A program made the position numbers and the translations under genes. The notes beneath the pieces were generated by a model. It saw nothing but the letters and a program-made list of their open reading frames with translations, searched no databases and was not told the origin of the DNA. A stretch of 64,000 bases of DNA. Origin: Flectonema sp. DT1601 (lineage: Eukaryota). Positions 10,901-25,900 of the stretch are shown here, one piece after another. Positions within the stretch are counted from its first letter, which is position 1, and every line of letters begins with the position of its first letter. The stretch spans positions 806,001 through 870,000 of the forward strand of contig OZ025797.1 of NCBI GenBank assembly GCA_964019425.1, given 5' to 3'.

Positions 10901-13900
10901 AACGAGAATTGTGTACCCACGCTGTCCATTAGAATCTGTCAGCCGAATAAGTGGGCATCCTGACTGCGATATGCACCACTCGAAGGAATCGAACTTAACC
11001 CAAAACGAGACGGTAAGCTCTGGCCACCAGAACTTAGCTCCGTCAGCAGTAAATGTTCTCCCGTCGAGACGCATTGCATAGTCGGTGAGGCTGGGGCCGA
11101 ATGGTGAACTCTCAAAGTTAAAATCACCAGGTACTACTGATGATAACATGTATGGAATAATTAATCCTTCAACAGGAACAACTTGAACGTCACCCGATGT
11201 AGAATAGCTCTTCGTGAAGGAAACACTTTTAGTGGTTTGTTGCATGTGGAAGACGTAACAAAGTTCATTTCCGGTATCGTAACCAGCGTATTGAAGCGAA
11301 CATGTTCCAGCAGCAGCAGATGAACAAGCAACGGCAGTACAAGTATCATCCTGTCCTGGTAGATCACAATGAAGAACTTGAATAGGAACAGTTGTTCCAG
11401 AAGCAAGGAATCCATTTACAGCCATCGGGATAACAATCACAATAGCTGAGTCAGAAGTAGAAAGAATTGTTGCTTTACGAGTACCAACCTTTACAATAAC
11501 TGAACCGTCTTGGTTAGATAGCGGAAGATTCGCTCCTTCGATTACAAGTTGTCGACCTCCCTTCCAGTTTGACACTCCGGGAGATGTCTTTTCGATGATA
11601 CGAGTGTCAATAACTTGAGAGTACTTGCGAATCAAATCGCTGGTGGAGTAACCCTCATCACAGATAATTATTTCTTCTAAATTAGCAAACAGGAAGTCCG
11701 ATTGCGATACACCCTTTCCAATAGTCAGACTGCTGACATCAACATCCCATAATAGTGTTGGTGTAGATCTTATGATGGCAGACAAATCACAATTATTATT
11801 AACGCAAATTGAAATGTTTGAACTTGTTAACGACGCAGCTACAAAGTAATAATCATTCTTCAAAGTTCCCGTAGTAGATGACAACAACTCTGAAGAACTA
11901 ATTGAGTACACTTCACCACTACCATCGGACACAGAGAACGTAACAGAAGCAGTACTGGTAGCACCTTGTCTTTGAAGTGTTAAAGAGTAAGATGCTTGAG
12001 AAGATGTTTTGTGTAGGATTGTCACTACTCCGTTATCACTACCGAGGTTACTGAAAGCATTAAATCCTGGAATCTGAATCCAGACGATGATCGAAATATC
12101 ATCAACGAATTCAAAGTCAGCACTCGCAGACGACAACTGAGAACCGCTTTGAGTTGCTGCATCATAGCCGTTGAATTTGAATGCTGCTCCTCTGTCAGTA
12201 GTGACATACGCATCACAAGTGCAAAGAATAACAGTTTCACACCCACACTCTGCCGTAACAGTCGGAGACAGTGAGGGGTACATAGGACTTAGTGTTTGTT
12301 CATTAAATTGATAAGTATGACACATTGATGCAGGTTCTGGAGGTGTTTCAGAACAATCAGGACCAGAGTAACCAGTACTACACACACAGAATGCTACTTC
12401 AGTAAGAGGGTTTTCAAAACATGATCCGTGACTGCTACAAATAGTACCACTTGTTGTAACTCCCGGACATGGTGATGAACAAGATAATCCTTTCCATCCT
12501 GACTCACATGTGCAAACACCAGTTCCAGTAATGCCATCATTACAAGTTCCATGATGATTACAAACTTTACTATCAACTGTTGGACATTGTGATCCACATG
12601 ACTGTCCAAATGATCCCGCGAAGCAAATACACTCACCGTCTCCACCAATACCATCGTTGCACATTCCGCTATTGCAATTCAAACAAGGAGTGCAGGATGG
12701 ACCAAAGTAATTAGCAGTGCAGCGATCGCATAATTGTCCAGCAAAACCTGTGGCCCCACAATCACAACCTGTTGATGAACAACTTCCATGACCAGAGCAA
12801 GGCGCTGATATTGGAAGAGAGTTAATAACTAAATTAGCAGTAAATGTGTGCTGACCTTCATAGATATCTTCTAAAGTCACGTCGACAACAAATGTCTGCT
12901 TCCAGAGGGAAGCCGCATGATATTGCTCAACTCGTAAGTCAGAAAGATGAATATCTCCATTTGCTTCCATTATTGACATCAGTTCGGTACTATCTCCTTC
13001 GACATCATTTGACTTTCGAATACGTGAGATTCTAAAGGAATTCAGAATGGATGTATCAATTAATAACAATGGCACTCCATTAACAACATGAGACACGTAA
13101 ATTCTTCCAATTCGATCCCCTTTTATAAACTGTTGTCTGTCTGCAGTACTTGTGACGAATATCGCTGAAAATTGTGGTTGCTCAAGGCCAACCTCAATCG
13201 TGAGAGAGACAGTTCCGTCACATGACGACATTTCGATCTGATTACCAGCTGTGTAAGTACCAACGGAAACAGGACTGAATTGATAATCTGTCGCAATAAT
13301 GAGGGCTCCATTTGGGTACACATCCACTAGTAGTGTGTTTGTACCGCTCGTCAGTGAGATGGTTGTTTTCGACGAAAGTTGAATCCCGTTGATGCTGAGC
13401 ACAATACCACCTGAGTTGATTCTCCAATTGCGATCAGCCTTCGATACCAATCCGCGAGAAGATGGAACCGACAAGTGACTTCCCTCTCCAATCTTAACAC
13501 CAAATTTATATTCCGGACACTGCGGTAATGTTGTAACTTCTTCAGCTGGTTGTACTTTTAGATTTCTAAATATCGCATCCCTGCAGTCAAATGAGAAGAA
13601 TCCAGTCCTAGAAGACTCCAACAGCTGTAGTCCTAATGGTAGTACTCCGGAATATATCTTTTTATTGTCAGCGAATACAATTAATTGCTGAGTTGTTGGA
13701 TTAACGTAAGCCTCGATATATAAAGAAGTTTGTTCCAACTTATTAACTTCTTCATCAATCGCAAGTATTGTAACACCAGCTTGCGTCTCACCCATGAAGG
13801 CATTCGTCCAAGAAAGCTTTGTTTCAAATGTTCCCTTTAGTCGAGCGACAACTACTTCTGAGTTTCGTACAAATATTGTAACACAATCGACGTAGGTGTC

Positions 13901-16900
13901 TCGGAGTTCTTTTGGTGATGAAAGTCCTACAGTTAGTCCGTATGCACCCCCGTTGTTACTTTTCGTTACTTCACTTCCAATTAAAGCTGAAACTTGATAA
14001 GTTCCAGAAGTTGAGAAAGGAGTAACGTACCATCGAGGTGATATTGTTCCGACAGATAATTTTAATTTTGTAGAAGTTGAATCAGCTGATGGTTCAGGAG
14101 CTGCACAAGGTTCAGAACATGGACCAACAGTAAGGAGATTTCTCATATCAAGTGTTAGTTGAGAAGTGCTGACTGCTTTCGATGATTGCGGTGAAAGTAG
14201 AACAGCATTCTGAGTACATATCCATTTCTTCTTTGTACTACAAGGACTGTCAACCCACTTCTTCCTTCCCAGAGATCTGATGTGTGAAAGAGAAGCGCAT
14301 CTCCCGTAGTTGTCCGGGCGTCCATCTTGCCAGAAAGTCATCGACGGCTCTACATAATCCGTTCCTTCCCAATACCATCCATTCCACAATCCTGTTGGAA
14401 GCTGCAGTCCAAACCAAACATCATCACGTGAGAGCTGTCCAGCAAAGAGCGACTTTTCTTCAGCATCAAGTCTTCCTAATGCTGCACTCATACTGTGGCA
14501 TGACCAAAGAGCTTCTGACCAAGTTCCAACTGTGGTAGACTCTCTGTAACAAGTAGATCCTGATAAATGCCATCCACTACTACATTTATACTTAGCTCTA
14601 CAGTTAACTTCACATCCATCACCTGACCAGCCGTCTGTACAAATGCAGCTGCCAGTATCGGTACAGATACCTCGTCCGTTGCAAACACCAAAAGTTGAAG
14701 AAGAAGCTGGGCATTCGTATTGGCATTCTGATCCGACAAAGCCGGGATGACATTTACACTTTCCTTGTGTTTCATCACTGCATCGACCGCGACCAGAGCA
14801 TGGCTTCAGAATACCACCAGGACATTCCCCGTTACATGCTGGATAGGCGAACCTTCCAAAGGAACACACTCCACATGCAGTTCCCGTAACATAAGGATTA
14901 CTACATTGACATCCCTCAGATGAACACAAACCCTGACCAGAACATATTAAAGGTTGCTCACTAGACATTGATGCTAAGTAATCAGTAGTACTGCAGGCAC
15001 ACCCAACAGGTAGGTTACAACTACTCGACACTGGAATGCAAGTATCTCCACAAGGGATTGTTCCGACTGCGCAAACAGAACAACAAATTCTCTGCGCAGG
15101 AATTGCAGTGAGACAAGTCTTTGTGCATCCAGTGCCGTAGTGGTCGCTGTCGCACGTGCACTCTCCGGAGCCGGTTCTGCCATGTGAACAGGTTCCTTTA
15201 TTGTTGCAAACAGAATTTGGATATCCGGGGCATCGACCTCCGCACCCTGGCCCAAAGGTACCTTCAGGGCAGTCACATATTCCAGTTGTGGAATCCAACG
15301 GATTTGGTTTGCATCGATTTTGATCTCCACAAGCAACTTTCTCATTTGGGTCAGAAGTCGGTACATTACCAAGAGGTGTAAAGGGCGGAGGCATCAGAAA
15401 TGATAGAGGCTGCTGAACTGCGAGATCTAATGACCTCACGGAATCAAAAAATAAAACCTCTACATCAGAACTGCTGCCATCAATAGGACCACCCTGTTCG
15501 TAGTCAACTGGAATGGCGCACCTCATTTGACAATTAGTCGCTGCAATCCATCCTTCTGATACTTTACAAATCTCACAGTTAGTACCTGACCAGCCAAAGG
15601 AACATGTGCATGCACACTTATTCAACTCTTCATCAACGTGAGCCGTTCCTCTATTTCTACAAAAGGAGTCGGTGCACTGACAGGAGTACTCTGTTCCAAT
15701 ATTTGTTGGAACTAATGTCTGATCACAATTAGTACAATCCGCATTGAATCCAACAGGACAGGAATCACAAGCTCCACTACTGTCACTTGTTGAAGTTGGC
15801 ATCCAGAAATCATAACAGCTGCAGCTATTGCAATCACCTGATAGATTGTTTTCATACTGCAAACAAATACCGTGACCATCACATACTGGTATGCAGTCAG
15901 GGTAGTTATGATATCCAACAGCACACCTGTCACAGTTATTGAGAACATCAGAGATGTAATTAGAAGGACATAATTCACAACTATGACCAGTCCATTGATT
16001 TAAACAAGTACACTCACAAGAGGATCTTAATTGATTACTTGTTACTGTTGATGAATGTGTTGGACCATTACATGAGATTGATAATTGACATTCGGTACAA
16101 ATATTTTCAATTGGATCAAAGACCCATCCTTCAAGACAAACACTACAATCACTTTCAGGATCGAATCCGAGTAAGCAGCTGTTACAGTTTGCAGACGACT
16201 TCCAATTATTACGACAGGTACACGTGCAGCTATCGCTATTAGTGTTTGATGTTACGGATATCGCATTTGAGTTACAATGAGTTGTTACATCACAAATAAT
16301 ACAATCAGGGTAATTAATAAATCCAACAGCACATGAACTACACTCAATATTCGATCCGAGTGGTGCAGCAATCACAAAGTTTGAAGGACACTGACTACAA
16401 TCTGATGATGTCCAAGAACTACTACAACTACACTCACAGCTACTCTTATCTAAAGCACTTTCAACTGATGTAGCGTGACTGCTACAATGTACTTCTACAT
16501 CACATAAAATACATTCATCGTTACTCCATGAGTATCCCGTAGCACAAGTATCACAATTAACACCTGAGTACTTACTAGGACAAGTCTCACATTGTATTCC
16601 TGTCCATTTATTCTCACAACTAGTGCAGGTACAAACAGCCTGGTCTGTACCATCCTGAGTGATTAAACCATCAATTGAAGTACCTCTGTTATTACAGTGA
16701 TCTTGTGATGTGCACATTAAACAACGAGGGTAGTCACCAAATGATAAAGTTGTTGTTATTGCATTCCAAGAAGTAGCGCAGTTGTTGCAATCAGATCCCG
16801 TGAATCTCGATGAGCAAACAGAACAGTGAGGACCTGACCAACTATTCCTACAGGTGCATATACATTCATCATTTAGTGAAGACACAGAAATAGCGTGGTC

Positions 16901-19900
16901 ATTGCAGTCACTTGTTTCTAAACATTTCCTGCACGTTACTCCGACATAACCCGAAGCACATCCAACACAATTATTATTGACATCATACTTTGGAGGACAT
17001 GTTGAACAATCGTCTCCAAACCAATTACCTGTACAATCACACACACAGTCATCAGCTCCATCGTTTGCAATAACAGAACGTGCATTAGATGAACAGTGTT
17101 GGTGAATATCACAAATAGTACACTCTGGGTAATTAATTCTGTTGAATGAGCAGGTCTGACAATTAGAATCAACCGAATAACGTACTGGACAATCACTACA
17201 AGATTCACCTGACCATTGATGTTGACAAACAGGACAGCTACATGACAATCCATCACTCGAAACTAAAGCAGCGTTACCAGAACAGTGAATGTTGTTAGTG
17301 CATAAAGAACAATCACCAGAAGGAAGCATTTCAAATCCTTCCTTACAACTCTGACAGACAGTTCCTTGGTAAGGATGAATACAATAATCACAATTCGCTC
17401 CCGTAAACCGATCAGGACACTTGCACAGACAATCTGTTTGTGAAGTAGTCGATACGATTTCAGCACCACCTGCAGTGTTACAAGCTGAAGTGATAGATTG
17501 ACAAGAGTCACAGTTTGGATAATTAATATGACCAGTCTTACATTTATTACAAGCTGCTACGTACTTTGAAGTATCGCAAGTGTTGCATCTATCTCCAGTC
17601 CATTGATCTGAGCAAGTACAGATACACTGAGTTCGTTGAAGATTCGCAGTAACAGAATGAGCGTGTGAGTTGCAATCAACTCCAATAGAACATTCTTCAC
17701 AAATATTATTATCTGTAATAACATAACCAGGAACACATGTAGAACAGACTTGTTCATCATCTTTAGCATACGGAGACTCACAACCGTCACAGTACTTGCC
17801 GGAATATTTAAAGGCGCATCCTGCATTTGGATCGCAGATGCATTCGTCGTTTGATGTGATTATCGAAATACAATTCTTTAAGTGAGGGTGTGTTAGTAAA
17901 TCACAATAAGTACAAACTGGGTATTGAACATAATTAGTTTTACAAACTCCACAATCAGATGAACTGTCGAAGCGATTATCACAAATAGAACAAGATGGAC
18001 CAGACCACTGATTGCGACAGTTGCATTGACACTCGCTGTTTATTTCAGATACTGATAAAGCATTACCATTACAATCTGTAGCTACATCACATGGTCGACA
18101 AGTCGGGTATTCAACGTAACCAGATTCACATTTAGAACAACTGCCTCCTGTAAAACCAACTTCACAATTACATTTGCAGGTTCCTAAGTTGCTGTTAGCA
18201 GTAACCGCAATAGCATTGCCGCTACAACTCGAGTCGACGCTACAAATAACATCACAACTTGGGAAGTTCAAAACGTTATCAGCACACGCAGTACAATCAC
18301 TGTTGAATGCAGTTGGTGAAGTTCCGCAAGATTGGCAACCAGAACCAGTCCATGGGATTACACAAGAACACAGACAGGCAGCATTATTTAAAGTCTTTGA
18401 ATAACAACTTGTAGCTATATCAATACTATCCGATACTATTGATTGAGTTATTGAATAGTCTGAACAGAACAATGAATTCCATTCTAATAAATTATCTGAT
18501 TGTGGAATCGTATCGCTGTGAACAATACATTCCATACGATCAGTGTTATAAGAAACTCCTAAACATTCTGACTGACAATGTTGAATACATTCCTCGAGTG
18601 TTGTTGTTGATTGTTTTGCCCATCCTGAGGCGCATGAAAACTCACCAAAACACATTCCACTTCCAAGTCGTTTAAAATAATTAGTAACTTGACCAACTGT
18701 AACTGATGAGCTGTGAAGAAGTCCATTGCAATCAGTAGAAGTGCTGCATAAACTACAAACACCACTTGGTAGTAATAAATGATTATAACCGCACTCATCA
18801 CAGTTACTACCTGAGTATGGGTAAGGACAGATTGAACAATCGACTTCAGACCATTGATTGTCACATTCACAAACACATATCCCGTTGAGTGATTTAATTA
18901 TTCCACGACCTGAGCACAGAGTTGCGCTATCGAGTTGGTCGCATTGTTTACAAAATGGAAATGGTGAATCACTTCCTGCAGCACAGGAGTTACATAAATT
19001 ATTATTTTGATCAAATATATCTGGACAGGTGTTACAACTACTACCCGACCATCCATCAATACAGACTCCACACTGACATTCAGACTGGTCAGAGGTCGTA
19101 CTTATTGTTAAAGAATGACTGTTGCAGTGAATGTCGATATCACACTCTACACAATTCGGATATCCAATCATTCCGTGAGCACATCTATCACAATTATCTC
19201 CAACAAAAGGATACGGACATATCGAACAGTCATATCCAATATATTGACCAACACATTCACATTGACAACTTACTCCATTAGTTGTCGCAGTACCATGTGA
19301 TGAACAATATGTTGAATCGCATACTTTACAATTTGGATATCCAAAGTAAGATTGAGAACAAGAATTACAAGTAATTTGATTATAAATAATTGGACATTGT
19401 GAACAGTCAGTGCCGTACCAATTATCAGAACAGCTACAACTACAATGAGATCTGCTAGAGTCATGAGTAACTGATAAAGCATGACTACTACAATGATCAG
19501 TAGTCGAACACTTAACACAGGATGGGTAACCAATTCTACTATTCGCACATCTGTTGCAGTTTGTTCCTCCGTACTCCGCAGGGCAAGTTGCACAACCAAC
19601 ACCCGTCCACTGATTGTTGCATTCACAGCGACAATTAGCTTCAGTCGCATTAAACCAAACACTTACCGCTTGATCATTACCTGAACAGTGTTGATCGATA
19701 CTACACTGCGTGCATTGTGGGTAGCTGATGTAACCGAATGCACATTTATCACACATTTCACCCGAATAGTTTTCAGCACATTCACAGATGCAGGAATTCC
19801 TTGAAGGAGATGAAGAAACAGAAGTTGCAGTAGAAGAACAGTGAACATCAATTGAACACTTTATACACGACGGGTAGTTATGATATCCATCTGCACACTC

Positions 19901-22900
19901 TCCGCAATCAGCCAACAGATTGTACCTTTCGGGGCAGGTGTTGCACATCGTTCCTGTCCAGTTATTCTTACAAAGACAGTGGCAGTTGTTATCAATAACC
20001 TGTACAGATAAAACTCCCTCACCACATTGATGAGTACTACAAGAAATACAGTTAGGTGGTAAGCCATAGTAACCTGAAGCACACTCGGAACACGTCGTCG
20101 CATCTAAAGTTGTGGGGCAGCTGTCACAAGTGGAACCAATCCAATTTCCAGAACATTGACAAATACAACCTGACGACGTCGGATTTACTATCGCCGTTCC
20201 GTGAGCACAAAGAGAAGAGTCGCACGGTAAGCAAGTCGGATATTCAAATCGACCGGCAGCACAAGTGTCGCATCCGTCTCCCTGAAAGATTTCTGGGCAC
20301 TGCTCACAGTACTCTCCAAACCATTGACCTCTACAGGAACATATGCATCCTTCTGCTTCTGTGAAAATAGCTGTTCCACGGCCCTCTATGCATTGTCTTT
20401 GAACGCTGCACGGTACGCAAGCATTTTGAAGATTTCTGACGTAGCCAGAAGCGCAGTTAGTACATTCAGTTGCGTCATATTCCATCGGACATTCCGAGCA
20501 AGTCTCACCAGACCAAAGACTGCTGCACTCGCAGATACATTGCGTGTTGTCTAAGTTACTCATCGTAGACGTGGCGTGGTTAGTACAGTGAACTGATATC
20601 TCACATCTGATGCAACTTCCTCCAACTGCTGCTATGAAACCAACTGAGCACTGGTCACACCGAGAGCCTGCGTAGCCTTCATCACAAGTACAGGTGCAGG
20701 CAGTTTGATCTAAATTAGTACCAACTACTCCATGATCATTACAACTATTTACTGAAGTACATTCAATGCAACTGTTGTTTGTGTCATGAATCCAATTTGA
20801 TTGACAAGAAGAACAAACATCTGATAATCTGTTCTCTGAACTGCATAGTGCGCACCCCCCTGCTGGTAAGTTGTAACCAGCAGCACATGTTGAGCAGCCT
20901 GTCGTCGCATCAAACTGACGAGGGCAGATACCACAATTAGGACTGAGGTAATTTGCTAAACATTCACATTCACAAGTAATCCCATCGGTAGTAGAAACAG
21001 AAGCAGCTCTTCCATTACAGTTGACATCAATAGAGCACTGAGAACAAGTTGGGTAATTTAATAAACTCATACTTGTTGTAGCACAGCTATCGCAAGTGAT
21101 TTGATTATATCTTTGTGGACAGGACTGACACTGAGTGCCATCCCACTGATGGTCACAAGTACATGTGCAAGAGAGTCCATCAGATGACGGCCAAGCAACT
21201 CCGTGATTATTACAGTGAGTGCTGCTGCATTTTTCACATGTTGATATCGATGTCGTTACTTTTTTGAAGTAACCGCCAACCTGATCACATTCACTGCAGT
21301 CAGTTCCTTTAAAACCAGGTTTACATTCACAACTACATTCTGAATTACCTCCGAATGATGTAACTGATAAAGCATTATTACTACAATGAGTACTAACAGA
21401 ACAACTAATACAACTTCCATCGACATCAAGAGTGTATCCTCTGATACAAACACTACATGTTGACTCATCGTAACCCGTTCTACAAATATCACACTTTGAT
21501 CCCGTCCAGTGTGACTTGCACTGCTCACAAACGCAGGTCAATAAGTCAACAGAAGGAATAACTAAGAGTCCATTATTATTACAATACGAAGGGTCTGTAC
21601 AGTCTACAGGTTCTACTCCGCTTGTAGGGGCGGCAATAGAACAGTCGAGACCAGACCAGTCTGGTAGACAATCACAAACACAAGTATTACTCTGTGTTGC
21701 TGTTACAGACACAGCTCTGTTACTACAATGATCTGAGTTAGTGCAGAGTGTGCATCCACCCAAAGAGTTTGTTATGTAGAGTTGTGATGAATCACATGTA
21801 CTGCAATCATTATTGTATCCTTCTGGGCACTGTTCACATTGATCTCCGTACCAGTTATCGTTACAAGTACACAAACAAATTGTATTGAGACTGTTACTGA
21901 ATGCTATTCCATTTTGATTACAATGAGTGAAGTCAGAACAGATAATATCACATTGTGGATATCCAATAAATCCATTCTTACAGGTGTCACAGTTTCCTGT
22001 AATGATGTCGTATTGAAGTGGACAATCATCACAATAGTCACCAGTCCATTGATGATCACATGAACACTTACAACCACCTTCGATATTGTTTCTATCTGCT
22101 GAGGGTGTTCCCCTGCCGTTGCAGAAGCCAAGCTCTGATAACTGGCAGTTAGAGCAGCCTTCACCTTTTGTAGTTTCGTAATTCATAAATCCAGGACTGC
22201 AGGCGGCGCAATCAAGCGCATCGTTATACCTCGTTGGGCAGATATTACAAGAGTCTCCAGTCCATTGGTTTCTGCAAGTACAGACACATCCATCTTGCGC
22301 AGTAGTTGTCGTCACAGCAGTCGCTCTGTTATTGCAGTGAGCTTCACTAGTGCATCCTCCACATATTGGATAGTTAACATAACCTGATCCACAACTGTCA
22401 CAATTATCTCCTGTGAATTGGGACTTACAAATAGAACAGTCAAATCCTGACCATTGATTATCACATTCACAGACACATGAATCTCTTTGAGATGATGAAG
22501 AGATTACTCTGCCGTTTCCAGAACAGTGGACAGCGTCGTCGCATTGCGTGCAAGTCGGGTAATTAATAAAACCAGGAAGACAATCAGCGCAATTCAGAGT
22601 TGGATCGAATGGTGAAGGACACGTACCGCACGCAATACCACTCCAATGGTTGGAACAACTGCAGTCACAAGTAGCTGTTAGTACTCCATTCCTACAAGAA
22701 GTTGAATCACATTGTGTACACATTGGATAATTTGTGTGATAGTCAGCACACTTATCACAGTTAACTCCGTCAAAGTTTGATGGACATGTCTGACATTTCA
22801 TTCCAGACCATCCACCAACACAATTACAGATGCACTCTGTTTGTGAAGGGTTTGTTCCAATCACAGCACCATTAGCATTAGAGCAGGCTGATGCTAAAGT

Positions 22901-25900
22901 AGAACACTCAACACAGTTCGGGTAATTAATTCTACCCACACCACATCTACTACAATCAGATGACTCATCAAACTCTGATGAGCAGATTGTACACTTTGAT
23001 CCTGACCACTTGTTCCTGCAGTGACACTGACAGCTATCATTGATATCGTCAATACTAATAGCAATCGCATTCTCACTGCAGTCTACAACATTGCAAAGAG
23101 TGCAGGTGGGGTATTGAACTCTTCCAGCTGCGCACTTGTCGCAGTCAGCAGCGTCAAATTGCGGGGGACAGACAGAGCAGTCAAAACCAGTCCATTGAGA
23201 TCTACATGTGCACAAACACTTGTTGTCATTTGTTCTAACTACTGCTTCAGCATTCTGCGCTCCCGAACAGTGAGTTGCCAAAGTACACTTCTCTGTACAA
23301 TCTGGTAGTAAGAATAATGAAATACATTCACTACAATCTAATCCGGTGAATCCTGATCTGCATGTGTTACAAGATTCCCCAGCCCAGTTACCACTACAAG
23401 TGCAAAGACAGTTTCCGTTAGCCGATGAAACATCGTCAGCGTTACCGGAACAGTCAACTGCGACGTCACATTTTCGGCATACAGAGTTTTGCTGTACGAA
23501 ACCCGTCGCGCATTCGACGCAATCACTTCCCCTTGTGTAGCCTTCAGGACATGTCGAACAGTCTGTTGAGGCCCATTTGTTTCTGCAGGTGCAGATGCAG
23601 CCGCTGTGTTGTGACATAGTTGGGTGAGTATGTGTGAATGATGACACTGTCGTGGCGTGGTTAGAACAATGGACATCAATAGAACACGGAACACAGTCTG
23701 GGTAGTCAATGTAACCTGGTGAGCAACTATCACAGGCAGAACCCAGGTAACGTTGCTGACAAGTACACAAACAAACTCCACCTTCTGCGATAGTTGAAGC
23801 AGCATGACCACTACAATCTGTTAAGGAGTCACACTGTCTGCAGTTAGGAAACCCAACATAGTTATCAAGACATCCATTACAGTTCTTATTACTATCGAAT
23901 GGTTCTGCACATGTTTCACAAGAAGAACCTGTCCATTCATTTTGACAACTGCAACCACACGTTTCTTGATCTTGTTTCTTAATACTTTCAACAGCATTAC
24001 CTGAACAGTGAATATTAACATCACATAATACACACGATGGATAATTTAATCTATTAGGTCCACAGCTGTTACAAGAATCAGAAAACTTACTAAAGTCACA
24101 TTCGGAGCACTTGTTTCCTTTCCACTGGTCAGAACATGTGCAGATGCAGCTGCTGTGGATGTCATCAGATACAACAGCTGTTGCATGCCCACTACAGTGA
24201 TAATTTATAATACATTCTCCACATTGTGGATAACCAGTTCTTCCGACTGTACACTCTCCACAGTTCTTTGACGCATCGAATATCGAAGGGCAGGTTTCAC
24301 AATTTGCTCCAGTCCATTGATTCTCACAATCACATACACAAACAGTTCTCGAAGGATTAGAAGTAACAGTTGTCGCTCTTGAATTACAATAAGCAGATGA
24401 TGTACATTCTTCTGTACATCCCTGAGAGTAATTAATGAACTTAGTAGAGCATTTGTTGCAGTTGTTACCTTCAAAGTTGTCGGGACAGGTTTCACAAGAA
24501 GTACCTGTCCAGTAGTTGTTACAGACACAAGAGCATTCAGTCATGTCAGAGTTTGTAGTGGAGACTGTTCCATGTGATGAACAACTGATTTCATTTGTAC
24601 ACTTTGTACAATCTGGATATAAAATATGCATTGATGCACACTTTGAACATCCATCATTTGAATTATATTTTTGAGGGCATGTTTGGCAACTTGAACCAGA
24701 CCACATTTCATCACAATCACACACACACACCAAATGCATTCCACTTGATGTTACTTGTGATGCATGTGAACTACAATGTTTATCAATACTACAATACTCA
24801 CACTCTGGATAATTAATATATCCGTCAGCACACTGTGAGCAGTCTGATGAAGACACGAAGTTTAACGAACACGTTTGACATGAAGAACCACTCCACTGAT
24901 TCCTGCAACTGCATTCACAAGTTGGGTTTACACCACCTGGTGAAGTGACACCAACAGCGTGATTTGAACAATGGCTTGCTATGTTACATGGAAGACAACT
25001 ATGACCGTAGTATCCAATTTTACACTCATCGCAGGTTGTTCCTTTCCATCCAGTGCTGCAAGTACAAACACATTTATCATTATACTCATCAGATGTAACA
25101 TGTGAAGCATGTCCATTGCAGTTAATATTATTATCACACATCACACATCCTAATTCATATTTCACATATCCAACAGCACACTCATTGCAGTCAACACCGC
25201 TAAACTTCGGATGGCAATATGAACAGTCAGCTGTTTCCCAACTATTTCTACATCCACACAAGCATTTGTTTTCAGATACGATTGATGAAACAGTAACAGC
25301 ATTACCATTACAATTAGCAGTCTTTGTGCACTCAACACAAACACCATCAACTTCAATACATCCAACTTTACATATTGGTACTGCTTCTGAACAGTCATAA
25401 GTACCTGGACAACTATCACACCTGTCTCCAATATATGGATGTTTGCACTCACAAGAACAGCCATTTGACTCGACGATACTCGAAACAGAATGACCATTAC
25501 AATAGGAGTCATCACAAGTCACATCGCAGTCAGGCCAGTTGAAGATGTGCGCCGCACACTCACTGCAACCAATGCCACCGTAATTCGTAGGACACGACTC
25601 ACAACGAGCGCCAGTCCACGGGAATGAGCATCCGCTACACGTGCAGACCAACGGATTCTCAAACGAATCCGTCCCAACAACACTCGCACGACTGTTGCAG
25701 TGCTGCACATTCGTACACAGCAAACAGTCCCCATTGGCCTTCACGTATCCTTGAGCACATCCATCACAAACATCTCCCACTTCCCGGAACCGCACAGGAC
25801 ACTCTTCGCAGTCACTCGCCTCAACCCACCTTCCCGTGCAGCTGCAAGTGCACCTCGTGCGGGCAGCATTCGACGTCACAGACGAACTGTGTCCGAAGCA

